A stretch of DNA of 59,400 bases, counting the filler, from Coriobacteriales bacterium (GTDB lineage Bacteria; Actinomycetota; Coriobacteriia; Coriobacteriales; UBA8131): NCBI GenBank assembly GCA_031263105.1. It is 6 parts of 6 records of this genome, joined end to end, with 100 filler letters (N's around TTAATTAATTAA, not from the genome) between each part and the next. Parts side by side here need not be neighbours in the genome. Positions count along the whole stretch, not along the records: positions 9,870 to 19,156 come from JAISGJ010000200.1; positions 19,257 to 23,152 come from JAISGJ010000231.1; 4 more parts are not named here. One strand, written 5' to 3'. The translations under genes were made by a program, and so were the position numbers. The number at the start of each line of letters is the position of its first letter. Within the stretch, counting starts at the first letter, position 1. A model generated the notes under the pieces. The model worked only from the letters and a program-made list of their open reading frames with translations. It ran no database searches and was not told the origin of the DNA. Positions 10,814 to 20,120 of this stretch are shown piece by piece.

Positions 10814-10979
10814 GTCCTCACCTTGGCCACCTCAACGCCCTCATCGCCATGCCGTCTCTACGCTATCAGGTCGCTTGGCGTAATCTTGCGGATGCTGTCG
10901 AGATAGCTGTACGGGCTGCCCTTGTCTCGCCAACGATTCTTGATGTCGGCGGCGGCGGCCCCAAGCGCGATGCCGCCAG

Positions 10980-11436
10980 CTGCAGGAGCAGTCGAGGTTA
11001 CGGAGCTTGCTGCAGCCGCTCAAGTCGAGTTCGGAGAGGTTTTTGCCGCGGCATTCGAGGTTACGAAGTTTGGTGCAAGCGCTCACATCGAGGAAATGAG
11101 AATAGGGGGAGTCCCAGCCCCAGTAGTGACTCGTTGTCTGCAAAACCATGGAAACCACAGCTCGTCCGCCGAGGGTTGCAGGAACGACGAGATCCCTGGA
11201 ACTCCCCGTGTAGCTGGTGACGTAGGCTCCGGCCCCGTACTTCGCACTGCCGTCCTTGACGGTATAGATTAAGTCCGCCTCACTCGTTGGTGCCATCATG
11301 CTCGCCCCCAGTGAGCGCATGGCAGACTCGGCGGACACCGCATCCTCACCGCAGGCAACGGACACACCGCCACCAAGAGGCAGGCAAGCGCCTTGCGCGG
11401 GACGGTCCTGTGCGATGCGGTGCGTTCGTATCCCAT
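10980..11436 (-). pseudogene. Truncated, frameshifted paralogue of the LRR surface protein at 14090-17452
   Basis: RKALACLL signal region, YTVKDGSAKYGAGAYVTSY..VPATLGG, two LRR units, then joins unrelated sequence; upstream leader similar to 17453-17500. Confidence 0.85.
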
Positions 11437-11557
11437 GGTGACTTCCCTTCTGTCGTCCCGGCTGTACTCTCGCGGGCAGCAGGGCTTACCTCCAAAGTCA
11501 ATCGACTTACCTAAGTCTTGACTATAAGCCCTGGCCTATGGCCTGCCCGGACATGAG

Positions 11558-11576
11558 CCCCCCCCCCCCCCCCCCC
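11558..11576. repeat. C19 homopolymer (G19 on coding strand) upstream of the LRR pseudogene
   Basis: Counted directly. Confidence 0.85.
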
Positions 11577-11622
11577 ATGCTGCACGGCAGATGTGCCTGC
11601 AAATATACCGTCTCCCCATCCG

Positions 11623-12903
11623 CTAAGCATTCATTGCGTGTGCGAGGATGTCCACCGTGTCGAGCTCCTCGATGTGCAGCCTGCCTTCAAGCATGAGCTT
11701 GTGCATCAGGTTCCTCCCCTGCGCTGAACCGATGGAATCTCCGTATCCGTCGATCAGCCTTGTGACAAGCGAGAACTGATCCCGTTTGATCTCGTCTGCC
11801 TTCGACTGATTGTGAATCGAGTAGTAAAAGGCGAGGCGCACTCTCCTGTTGTATAGGTCCAAGGTGTCAAATATCGAGTAGATGTATGACTGGTCCATAG
11901 TTCCGAACGAGTGCCCGTAGAATTTCGCCACGGTGATGCCTTCGCATTGTGACAACACTGCCGTCGGCTTGTTGTACAGCTTCCTGAACGTCTTGGTGAA
12001 CCCAATCGCTGACTCATCGACACCCTTCTTGTCGATCCCAATGATGATGTTGCCTCTGCCGTCGTTGCCTTTCAGCGTTCCATGCACATGGAACACCGCC
12101 GCCTCGTTCTCGAACGGCTGGGTGTAGTTGAAGGACATGACGGTCGAATTCCCGCCGGGCTCCAAACTGCGGATATGCGACAGCAGCCTTCTCGCGTCAG
12201 CGGCGTAGCCGCTCGCCGCCCCCACGGCCTTGTTCAGATATCTGGCGAATTCGCGTTCCAGGATGTTCAGCTCCTTGAGGAGAATGCCGAGGAGCAGCTT
12301 CTCGTCCTTCTCCCTGCCTCGCGGCCTGAAGCCTCCTCGATCCTGATAGTTCGCGCCTTCCAATATCTCATAGAGAAACTCGTCCTTGTACCGCGATGCG
12401 AGCAACCTATGGGCCGGGCGTATCGAATCGTCCTCCAGAAACATCTTTTTGAAGTCAGCGTTCATGTAGTGGAAAAGCGACCTGCGCTCATCAGGCTGAA
12501 TGCTGAAGATGTCGCCGATTGCCTCGGCTCTCGATAAAACCGAGTGGATGAACTCCTCGACATCTTTCCAGAGCCTTCCGAAAGCCTCCTTGTTTTGATA
12601 CATAAGGATGTCCCACGCCGTCATCGTCAGCTGATTCGACTTGGACGCGTTGTCGGTTTGGAAGTCGTCGCCAACGAGCCGGTCAAAATCAAGGGCAGCG
12701 GCGATACTCTCGTTGTTGGCGCCCTGCCCCAGAATGAGCTTCAAAGCCTTCAGAAAGCGTCCGTTCCACCTGCTTCTCGTCCAGTCTGAAAACTTTGATT
12801 TCAACCCACACGCCAGATCGAAACCGTTCCCGATCACTATCAGCTGCTTTGGTGGTGAGACACAATCGATTGGAGGGCCGCCCGTGTCTTGATAGATCGC
12901 CAT
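11623..12903 (-). CDS. AbiH-family (SIR2-like fold) abortive infection protein
   Basis: LIVIGNGFDLACGLKS, SFNYT, HVHG, FYGHSFG..D..Y motifs. Confidence 0.85.
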   Translation of the reverse strand: MAIYQDTGGPPIDCVSPPKQLIVIGNGFDLACGLKSKFSDWTRSRWNGRFLKALKLILGQGANNESIAAALDFDRLVGDDFQTDNASKSNQLTMTAWDILMYQNKEAFGRLWKDVEEFIHSVLSRAEAIGDIFSIQPDERRSLFHYMNADFKKMFLEDDSIRPAHRLLASRYKDEFLYEILEGANYQDRGGFRPRGREKDEKLLLGILLKELNILEREFARYLNKAVGAASGYAADARRLLSHIRSLEPGGNSTVMSFNYTQPFENEAAVFHVHGTLKGNDGRGNIIIGIDKKGVDESAIGFTKTFRKLYNKPTAVLSQCEGITVAKFYGHSFGTMDQSYIYSIFDTLDLYNRRVRLAFYYSIHNQSKADEIKRDQFSLVTRLIDGYGDSIGSAQGRNLMHKLMLEGRLHIEELDTVDILAHAMNA

Positions 12904-12970
12904 TGTAAGCTCCTATGGATAGTGCGATAGGAGAACCGACCGGCTCTCCTCGAATTGCCGAAACGAGCCG

Positions 12971-13645
12971 TCAAAAAATAGGCTCCGGGTCTTTGGCCCA
13001 CTTTTTCTTTAGCTCCGTGTGCTCCTTGAAGCCATTCAGCTTGTATGGCAAGACGTAGAGGTAGTCGATAATGTGCCCGACGAATCCAACCATGTACTCG
13101 ACATCGAAAAAATCGTAGTCAGCCTCCTTGCCATGTGCAGCGTCGTCGCCGAAACGCTTCGTCAGATACGATGCTTCTTTGAGAAATTCGGGGAGTCGCT
13201 CATCTGCGGAAATCTCCTCGATCTTGTCCTTGAGTCCCCATTCCGTTGCCCCCAAGTCACACAGTATCAGCTCCAGTGTCCGCCTGAGCCCCATTGCGCA
13301 CAGACTGTGGTCGATCCCGTGTGCGCGAACCGCCGCCTGGTACGCCTTCGCAATCTTCTTCGGCACTGCCGGGCTGCCGACAGAATGGGAGGGAAACAGG
13401 ATGGTTTCCTGCGACTCGTAATCAGGCGGCAGGCATGACTCTTCGTCGCTGTAAATCTCATGGAGCGTCGGCCTGTGGCAGGTCGGACACACCAACAACC
13501 TGTACGTGTAATGGAACTGGAACTCGTCATCCGGCTGCTGGGAGCCCCACTCGTGTATGCCGACCACCTCCATGACCGTCTCGTTTCCGCAATGAAGGCA
13601 GAGAACCGGCTGGGTGGTGTAGCCCTTTTGGCAGTCCGAATCCAT
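12971..13645 (-). CDS. DUF4145 (HEPN-like) protein with N-terminal Zn ribbon
   Basis: CLHC...CPTC, LRRTLE, L..KI, FGDDAAH; start MDSD chosen from RBS-like sequence. Confidence 0.78.
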   Translation of the reverse strand: MDSDCQKGYTTQPVLCLHCGNETVMEVVGIHEWGSQQPDDEFQFHYTYRLLVCPTCHRPTLHEIYSDEESCLPPDYESQETILFPSHSVGSPAVPKKIAKAYQAAVRAHGIDHSLCAMGLRRTLELILCDLGATEWGLKDKIEEISADERLPEFLKEASYLTKRFGDDAAHGKEADYDFFDVEYMVGFVGHIIDYLYVLPYKLNGFKEHTELKKKWAKDPEPIF

Positions 13646-13646
13646 C

Positions 13647-13955
13647 CTATTCGTCCTTATGAGGATACCCTGTTGTGCCGTATACAGACATGTGGCAGAG
13701 GGCCGACTTGTCATACTTTCTCGGCATCGAGCGCAAGCCTCCCTTTTCCGTCCTCAGCCTTTCGACATGGTCATCGCCGAGGACATGGACGCTTGTTTCA
13801 TGGGCCGGGCAATATTCGTATGCGCCCTCGAACGCGTCGTTCAGCTGCTCATAGTAAGCGCAGTGCAGCCTGTCGTTTTGAATGATGTCCTCGAGATGCT
13901 CCATGCCGCTCGGCGTGGAGACATCCTTGTATTTGTAAAGCGGCATCTTGACCAT
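13647..13955 (-). pseudogene. Truncated DUF2971-like gene
   Basis: LYKYK...DII.N.RLH.A.Y..LNDAFEG, then degenerates after about 75 codons. Confidence 0.6.
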
Positions 13956-14089
13956 AGGTATCCTCCTGTATCGACAACGGCTCTTAGGCAAGGCTCGAAG
14001 GCTTTCAGGCCACAGATTCAGCCACAGGACACGATGCAAATTTAACACCGCATCCAGCAACAGATACGTCTCCCGATATCACAAAGCCG

Positions 14090-17000
14090 CTACCTCACCC
14101 GCTTCCAGTGCGCGTAGAGCGTGACGTTCTTGGTGACCCTCGTGGCCGAGGTCGCCTCCGTGCCCCTCGTCTTGGAGGTGTACCAGCCTTGGAAGGCGTA
14201 GCCTGCGCGGGTGGGGGCGCTCGGCCAGCCGAGCTTCGAGCCGTGGGCCCTCTTGACGGAGGAGACGGCCTTCCCTCCCACCTTGCCGCCGTTTGCGTCG
14301 AGCCTCACGGTGTAGGCCTTGGGCTTCCAGTGGGCGTAATAGGTGACGGACCTGGCGACCTTCGTCCTGGCCGTGACCTTTGTGCCCTTGACCTTGCCGG
14401 TGAACCAGCCCTGGAAGTCATAGCCTGTGCGGGCGGGCTTTGCGAGGGTGCCGACCGCCCTGCCCTTCTTCTTCGCCACGGAGGCCGTGGCCGCCCTGCC
14501 CACCTTGCCGCCGTTGGCATTGAGGGTGACCACGGGGTCGCTGACCTTCCAGTGGGCCCAGTAGGTGACGTTCCTTGCAACCTTCGCGGCGGGCGCGGCC
14601 CTCTGGCCGCCGGACTTTGCGGTGTACCAGCCGAGGAAGTCGTGGCCTGAGCGGGCGGGCCTGGCGAGGGCGCCGAGGGACTGGCCGTAGTCCCGTTTCA
14701 GGGAGACGGAGGCCTTGCCGGAGACCTTGCCGCCTGCGGCGTCGAGCCTGACGGCGTAGGTGTTTGCCCTGTACGTCGCCGTCACGGTGAGGCCGGAGGT
14801 CACGCTCGCGAAGCCCCTGTCCCAACCTGTGAAGGCGTGCCCGGTGCGGGCGGGGGCGGCGGGGGCCGAGGCCGCCGAGCCGTGGGCGACCGTCTGCGTC
14901 GCGAGCACCTTGCCGTCCCAGCCCTTGAAGGTCACGGCGTAGGCGTTCAGCCTGTACTGCGCGGTCACGGTGAGGTCGGAGGTCACGCTCGCGAACGGCC
15001 TGTCCCAGCCCGCGAACGCGTGGCCCGCGCGGGCGGGGGCGGCGGGGGCCGCCGCAGCAGCGCCGTGGGCGACCGTGCGAACCGCGAGCGCCGCGCCGTC
15101 CCAGCCCCTGAAGGCCACCGTGTGGGTCACAACCGTCCAGCGGGCGTAGAAGATCACGTCGCCTGCGACGGACGTGGCGGGGCCGACCTGCGCGCCGCCG
15201 GAGGGCGCGCTGAACCAGCCGTCGAACGTGTGGCCCTCGCGCGCGGGCACCGGCAGCGCCCCCACGAGGGAGCCCTCGGCGACGGCGCGCCCCGCCACGA
15301 AGGAGCCGCCCCGGCTGTCGAAGCTGACCGCGAACGTCGCCGTTCCCTGCGCGTCCTGCGGCAGGACGTTGTCGGAGCCGAAGCGCTTGACGAGGGCGCG
15401 GCGGGCGTCGGAGTCCGGGATGCGGTTGTTCCTGCAGTAGAGGGAGGCCAGCCTGGGGTTGCCCGCGACGTCCAGGGACGCGAGGTAGTTGCCGGAGCAG
15501 CGCAGGGACGCGAGGTCGGCGTTGCCCGACACGTCGAGGGAGGAGAGGAGGTTGTCGGAGCAGTCCAAGGTGCTAAGCGCGGGGTTCTGGCCCACGTCCA
15601 GGTTCGCAAGCGAGCCGCCGGAGCACTTGAGGGTTGCGAGCGAGGCGCAGCCGCTCACGTCCAGCGAGGTGAGGGAGTTGCTGCCGGAGCAGTCCAAGGT
15701 TGTCAAGGCGCTACACCCACTCACGTCGAGTGCGACGAGGGCATAGAGCGGACGGGCTTCGCCAAAGCCGAAGCCATACTTTTCGCCCGACAGCGATGTC
15801 AGCGCGGTGCAGCCGCTCGCGTCCAGTGAGAGAAGGCTGTTGGACGGGTAGCGCAGCTCGGCCAGCCTCGTGAAGCCGCTCACATCGAGGGAGTCGAGGT
15901 AGTTGCGCCCTGAGATGAATTCTCCGACATCAGTGTGAACGTAGGAGCTGCCGCAGTTCAGGTACTCAAGCTCGGTACATCCTCTCAGCCCCGGCAGCTC
16001 AGCGAAGCCGTTGCCGGAGCAGTCAAGGCGCTTCAGGCGGGTGTTCTTGCTCACGTCCAGCGAGGCGAGCTTGTTGCCACCGCAGTCCAAGTATTCCAGG
16101 TTGATGCAGGCGCTCACGTCGAGGGCAGTGAGATTGTTGGTGAACGAAACCATGTCTCCGATCGATTCGACTCCACCGCAGTCCAGATACTTCAGGGCGA
16201 CACAGGCGCTCACGTCAAGCGAGGTCAACTTGAAGCCCCGCAAGGAGACCGAGACCACGGGCTGCCCGCCGAGGGTCGCAGGGACGACGATGTCCTTGGA
16301 GTTCCCTCTAAGGGCGGTGACGTAGGCGCCGGCCCCGTACTTCGCGCTGCCGTCCTCGACGGTGTAGGTGAGGCCCTCCGAGCTCACCTGCGGCCAGACG
16401 CTGGCCGCCCCGAAGCGGCTGACGAGCGACTGGAGGGCGTCGGGGTCGTTGATGCGGTTGCCGGAGCAGTTGAGGATCGTGAGCGCGGCGCAGTCGCTCA
16501 CATCGAGGGCGGTGAGGTTGTTGTAACGGACGACATTGTAGTAGTCGTAGGGGTCTAAGTAGGAGATGCTGCCGCAATTCAAGTACTCCAGCTCGGTGCA
16601 GTTCCCCACTCCCGTCAGCGCGGCAAGGCCGTTGCCGGAGCAGTAAAGGCGCTTCAGGTGGGTGTTTACGCCCACGTTCAAGGATGCGAGGTCGTTGCTG
16701 GTGCAGTCCAAATACTCAAGCAAGGGGCAAGCGCTCACATCGAGAGAAGTGAGGTAGTTGCGGTTGTAATGGTAGTTCCAGTCGTTGTAGTGGCCGCAGT
16801 CCAGATACTTCAGGGCGCCACAGGCGCTCACGTCCAGCGAGGTCAGGCCGAGGCCCTGCAAGGCGACCGAGACCACGGGCTGCCCGCCGAGGGTCGCGGG
16901 AAGCGTGACGTCTTTGGGGCTCCCACTGTAGGAGGTGACGTAGGCCCCGGCCCCGTACTCCGAGCTGCTGTCCTTGAGAGTGTAGGTGAGGCCCGTCTCG

Positions 17001-17452
17001 CTCGCCTGTGTCGTCACGCCCGCCCCTAGCGGGCGTATGCCCGTCGGAGGCGCGGCGGTGGCCTCCGGTCCGTCGGCTCCAGAGACAGCAGGCCCGGATG
17101 CCTTTTCGACGGCAGGGACGTCGTCGGCAGGCGCTTCGGACTCGGCGAGGCTCCCAGCCTCGTCTGGCGCACCGGATGCCGCATCCTCGTCGACAACTGC
17201 CCCTGTGACGGGCGCTGCGTCCGGCTCCGCGTCGGATGCCGCGTCCGCTTCCGTAGAAGAATCGTCCTCCGGCTCCGTGTCGATTGCGACTGCCTCGATG
17301 CCGTCCGCTGTGGACGGGCCAGCAACGTCGCCCGCCTCCGCGCCGTAGGCGACAGGTGCGCCGCCGAGCGAGAGAGCAAACACGACCGCCAAGAGGCAGG
17401 CAAGCGCCTTGCGCGGGGCGGTCTTGTGCGATGCGGTGCGTGCGTGTTCCAT
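14090..17452 (-). CDS. Secreted/surface leucine-rich-repeat protein with InlB B-repeats (internalin-like)
   Basis: Signal peptide RKALACLLAVVFALSLGG; many LxxLDVSxCxxLxYLxC repeats; six B-repeats; start MEHART at 17452 with GGGGAG RBS. Confidence 0.92.
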   Translation of the reverse strand: MEHARTASHKTAPRKALACLLAVVFALSLGGAPVAYGAEAGDVAGPSTADGIEAVAIDTEPEDDSSTEADAASDAEPDAAPVTGAVVDEDAASGAPDEAGSLAESEAPADDVPAVEKASGPAVSGADGPEATAAPPTGIRPLGAGVTTQASETGLTYTLKDSSSEYGAGAYVTSYSGSPKDVTLPATLGGQPVVSVALQGLGLTSLDVSACGALKYLDCGHYNDWNYHYNRNYLTSLDVSACPLLEYLDCTSNDLASLNVGVNTHLKRLYCSGNGLAALTGVGNCTELEYLNCGSISYLDPYDYYNVVRYNNLTALDVSDCAALTILNCSGNRINDPDALQSLVSRFGAASVWPQVSSEGLTYTVEDGSAKYGAGAYVTALRGNSKDIVVPATLGGQPVVSVSLRGFKLTSLDVSACVALKYLDCGGVESIGDMVSFTNNLTALDVSACINLEYLDCGGNKLASLDVSKNTRLKRLDCSGNGFAELPGLRGCTELEYLNCGSSYVHTDVGEFISGRNYLDSLDVSGFTRLAELRYPSNSLLSLDASGCTALTSLSGEKYGFGFGEARPLYALVALDVSGCSALTTLDCSGSNSLTSLDVSGCASLATLKCSGGSLANLDVGQNPALSTLDCSDNLLSSLDVSGNADLASLRCSGNYLASLDVAGNPRLASLYCRNNRIPDSDARRALVKRFGSDNVLPQDAQGTATFAVSFDSRGGSFVAGRAVAEGSLVGALPVPAREGHTFDGWFSAPSGGAQVGPATSVAGDVIFYARWTVVTHTVAFRGWDGAALAVRTVAHGAAAAAPAAPARAGHAFAGWDRPFASVTSDLTVTAQYRLNAYAVTFKGWDGKVLATQTVAHGSAASAPAAPARTGHAFTGWDRGFASVTSGLTVTATYRANTYAVRLDAAGGKVSGKASVSLKRDYGQSLGALARPARSGHDFLGWYTAKSGGQRAAPAAKVARNVTYWAHWKVSDPVVTLNANGGKVGRAATASVAKKKGRAVGTLAKPARTGYDFQGWFTGKVKGTKVTARTKVARSVTYYAHWKPKAYTVRLDANGGKVGGKAVSSVKRAHGSKLGWPSAPTRAGYAFQGWYTSKTRGTEATSATRVTKNVTLYAHWKRVR

Positions 17453-17576
17453 GGTGACTCCCCTTCTGTTAGTGCGACTGTGCTTTCGCGGGCAGCAGGG
17501 GACGGGCACGGGCACACGTGCCGGAGGGCGCGTGTGCGGGCGGTGCCTCTGCGGTGCCGCGCACATTCTTTAACAT

Positions 17577-17608
17577 AGGGTACCCCCCCCCCCCCCCCCC
17601 CCTGTCAA
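17577..17608 (-). promoter_or_regulatory. Candidate phase-variable promoter TTGACA-G20-TACCCT for the LRR gene
   Basis: TGTCAA at 17603-17608, C20 at 17583-17602, AGGGTA at 17577-17582. Confidence 0.65.
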
Positions 17609-17787
17609 GTAGGTAAACGAGAAAAATAAAGAAATCCAAGTTATTGCGCTGCGCTTGCAGCGAGAGTCCGGGATCGCATGAGACACTATGATTGGAAAGC
17701 CCGTCACTCTGAACAGCATCTGTCTTATCGACAGAACCGCACCGGTTTGATAGTATGAAGTCAGAGAAGACGAGAGGAGCCCTCGTT

Positions 17788-18027
17788 ATGCACATAGCAT
17801 TGAGCGACCTGAAGGTGAACGTCGGAAAGTACGTTGACCTGGCGTCCACGGAAGACGTGGTCATCACCAAGTACGGCAAGCCCGCCGCCAAGATCATCCG
17901 CTTCGACAAGGAGCCCTGGTACTTGAAGCGCATGCCCGAGGAGGTCACTTCCGTCGAGCAGCTGTTCGGGACGCTCCCGGGCGACATCGACCTTGAGGAT
18001 GCCAGGACGGAGAGGCTGTCCAAGTGA
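17788..18027 (+). CDS. Phd/YefM-family antitoxin
   Basis: IALSDLKVN.GKYVDLA..EDVVITKYGKPAAKI; GAGGAG RBS. Confidence 0.88.
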   Translation: MHIALSDLKVNVGKYVDLASTEDVVITKYGKPAAKIIRFDKEPWYLKRMPEEVTSVEQLFGTLPGDIDLEDARTERLSK

Positions 18028-18437
18028 GGGCGCTGCTTGACACGAACGTCATCATGGACGCCCTGCAGGAGCGCCGTCCGCTCGATGTCGAGGCGAAAGA
18101 AATCCTGCGACGGGGACAAGGCGGAGAAATCGACCTCTTGTTCACCGCCAATGCCGCAACCGACATCTTCTACCTGTACAGCAAGGCGAGAGGGAAAAAG
18201 TCGGCACGAAGCGCGATAGGGTTTTTGCTCAACACCTACGACGTGGCAGACGTCACGCACGAAGCCTGCGTCAACGCACTCAGTATCCCCATCGAGAATT
18301 TCGAGGATGCGCTCGTGGCAGAGTGCGCGAAAACGGCGGGAGCCGACTATATCGTGACACGCGACACCGGGTTTCAAAATTCGGCATCCCCGGTTGCTGC
18401 GATAGGTCCCGCATCGTTCCTGGATCTGCTGAAATAG
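18024..18437 (+). CDS. PIN-domain (VapC-like) toxin
   Basis: LLDTNVIMDAL, FEDAL, DYIVTRD; GTGA overlap with the antitoxin. Confidence 0.9.
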   Translation: MRALLDTNVIMDALQERRPLDVEAKEILRRGQGGEIDLLFTANAATDIFYLYSKARGKKSARSAIGFLLNTYDVADVTHEACVNALSIPIENFEDALVAECAKTAGADYIVTRDTGFQNSASPVAAIGPASFLDLLK

Positions 18438-18463
18438 CTGCCATGCGTGAACAGGCGAATTGC

Positions 18464-18497
18464 CCCCCCTGTCCTCAAAGACATCGAGGGCCGCTGA
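18464..18497 (+). repeat. Copy of the last 34 bp of nnrD (att-like scar)
   Basis: 31/34 identical to 5961-5994, ending at the TGA stop. Confidence 0.8.
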
Positions 18498-18596
18498 CCG
18501 CGCGAACATGCGGTCCGGCGGTTCGCGCCAATATGCCCAACACGTGGCTTGCTTCTGCAGCGAAGTCTCGGTAGGGCGCCTGCTCGGTGTCTCTAC

Positions 18597-18624
18597 TTGA
18601 CAGTAGTTATAACATACGTACAAT
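18597..18624 (+). promoter_or_regulatory. Sigma70-type promoter TTGACA-N16-TACAAT, probably leaderless brnTA mRNA
   Basis: -10 ends 6 nt before ATG 18631; no SD sequence. Confidence 0.65.
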
Positions 18625-18630
18625 ATAATT

Positions 18631-18909
18631 ATGAAAAACCTGCACTTTCAATGGGATGCCGCGAAGGACAGGGCCAACCAGAAGAAGCACGGCGTTTCTT
18701 TTGAGGAGGCCCGGACGGTCTTTTACGACATCAACGCCAAGGTGATCGCCGACCCCGACCACTCCGACGACGAGGACAGGTTCGTCATCCTCGGGGCGAG
18801 CAGGAGGCTGAGGGTGCTGGTCGTATGCCACTGCTACCGCGAGAACGACGAGACGATACGCATCATATCAGCGAGGAAGGCGACAAGAAATGAGCAGAGC
18901 CGCTATTGA
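18631..18909 (+). CDS. brnT: BrnT-family toxin
   Basis: FQWDAAK.RANQKKHGVSFEEA, HSDDEDRF, IRIISARKAT. Confidence 0.93.
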   Translation: MKNLHFQWDAAKDRANQKKHGVSFEEARTVFYDINAKVIADPDHSDDEDRFVILGASRRLRVLVVCHCYRENDETIRIISARKATRNEQSRY

Positions 18910-18919
18910 GGGGGACGGG

Positions 18920-19156
18920 ATGAGGGCGGAGTACGACTTCTCGGAGGCGGGGGCGAACCCGTATGCGAGGAGGCTGAAGCGCCAGGTGACGATACGCCTG
19001 GACGCGGCTGTCATCGACTACTTCAAGGAGCAGTCGGACCGGACCGGCGTGCCCTACCAGAGCATCATCAACCTGTACCTGAACGACTGCGTCCAGCAGG
19101 GCAGGAAGCTGACCTTCGTCTGTCGCGGAGCGCGCCGGGCGGGGCGCGCGGGCGCG
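18920..19156 (+). CDS. brnA: BrnA-family antitoxin (runs off the contig end)
   Basis: MRAEYDFS...NPYA, VTIRLD..VIDYFK, GVPYQSIINLYL. Confidence 0.88.
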
Positions 19157-19341
19157 NNNNNNNNNNNNNNNNNNNNNNNNNNNNNNNNNNNNNNNNNNNN
19201 TTAATTAATTAANNNNNNNNNNNNNNNNNNNNNNNNNNNNNNNNNNNNNNNNNNNNCCCGCGCCGCCGCCGCCCGCGCCGCCGCCGGCAGCGCCGCCGCC
19301 GACCGCCTTTGTCCACAGCGAGGGGAACACGAGGGAGGGCC

Positions 19342-20019
19342 ATGCATCGCAGGAGCGTTCTGGTCGTCACCAGGCAGCCTGAGCTTGCGCACAGGCTCAG
19401 GGGGCTTCTTGCCGGCATGGACGCCGACGCGCGCTTCGTCGCGCTGCCCTTGATGGCCGCGCTCCAGGAGTGTGCGGGCGCCGAGTTCGACCTCGTCGTC
19501 GTCGGGGGCGACCGGGGGTCCCTGGAGGGCCTTCCCGAGGCCGAGGAGGCCCTGTTCAGGGACTTCGCGCCTGCGCTCTTCGTCGTCGTGCCGCCCGAGT
19601 CGTTGGCGGCCCTGCGACTTCCCGTCCGTCTCCCCCATGACTTCGTGACGACGTCCGCCCCCGACCTCGAGTGCCAGGTGCGCCTGCACCAGCTCCTATG
19701 GCCGGGCGAGGAGGCCGGGAGCACGGACTTCGTCCGTGTCGGCTCGCTGACCCTGAACCTTGCGACCTATCAGGTGAAGGTCGAGGGCGCGACCCTCGAT
19801 TTCACGTATCTCGAGTACGCCCTGCTCGCCTTCCTGATAACGCATCCCGGGCGCACCTACTCGCGCGACGCCCTGCTGCGCCGCGTCTGGGGCTTCGAGT
19901 ACTACGGGGGCTCGCGCACGGTCGACGTGCACGTGCGCCGCGTCCGCGCCAAGCTCGGCCCCGAGCTCGCCCAGCACCTCGAGACCGTCCGAGGCGTAGG
20001 CTACCTCTGGAGCAGCTGA
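19342..20019 (+). CDS. OmpR/PhoB winged-helix regulator with atypical receiver (GlnR-like)
   Basis: LDFTYLEY.LL.FL..HPGR.YSR..LL..VWG.EYYGGSRTVDVHVRRVRAKLG; no kinase nearby. Confidence 0.85.
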   Translation: MHRRSVLVVTRQPELAHRLRGLLAGMDADARFVALPLMAALQECAGAEFDLVVVGGDRGSLEGLPEAEEALFRDFAPALFVVVPPESLAALRLPVRLPHDFVTTSAPDLECQVRLHQLLWPGEEAGSTDFVRVGSLTLNLATYQVKVEGATLDFTYLEYALLAFLITHPGRTYSRDALLRRVWGFEYYGGSRTVDVHVRRVRAKLGPELAQHLETVRGVGYLWSS

Positions 20020-20092
20020 GCCTGCGCCGGAAGGCCCCCGAAGTGGCGCGAAGCGCCGGGGCGGCTCATGCGAGATGCCGCGTGGCGGGGAG

Positions 20093-20120
20093 GCGGGACG
20101 TCGAGGACGCCGTCCCCTAC
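20093..20120 (-). repeat. GTAG-type REP palindrome (related copy at 27805-27832, + strand)
   Basis: GTAGGGGACGGCGTCCTCGACGTCCCGC versus GTAGGGGGCGGCGTCCCCGACGCCCCGC. Confidence 0.7.

Noticed and set aside
7102..17452. Diversity-generating retroelement (repeat pairs in surface genes)
   Set aside because: No reverse transcriptase, and differences between repeats do not look adenine-specific; ordinary domain duplication.
19120..19156. Extended C-terminus of BrnA
   Set aside because: GC-only low-complexity tail at a contig end, likely low-quality sequence.
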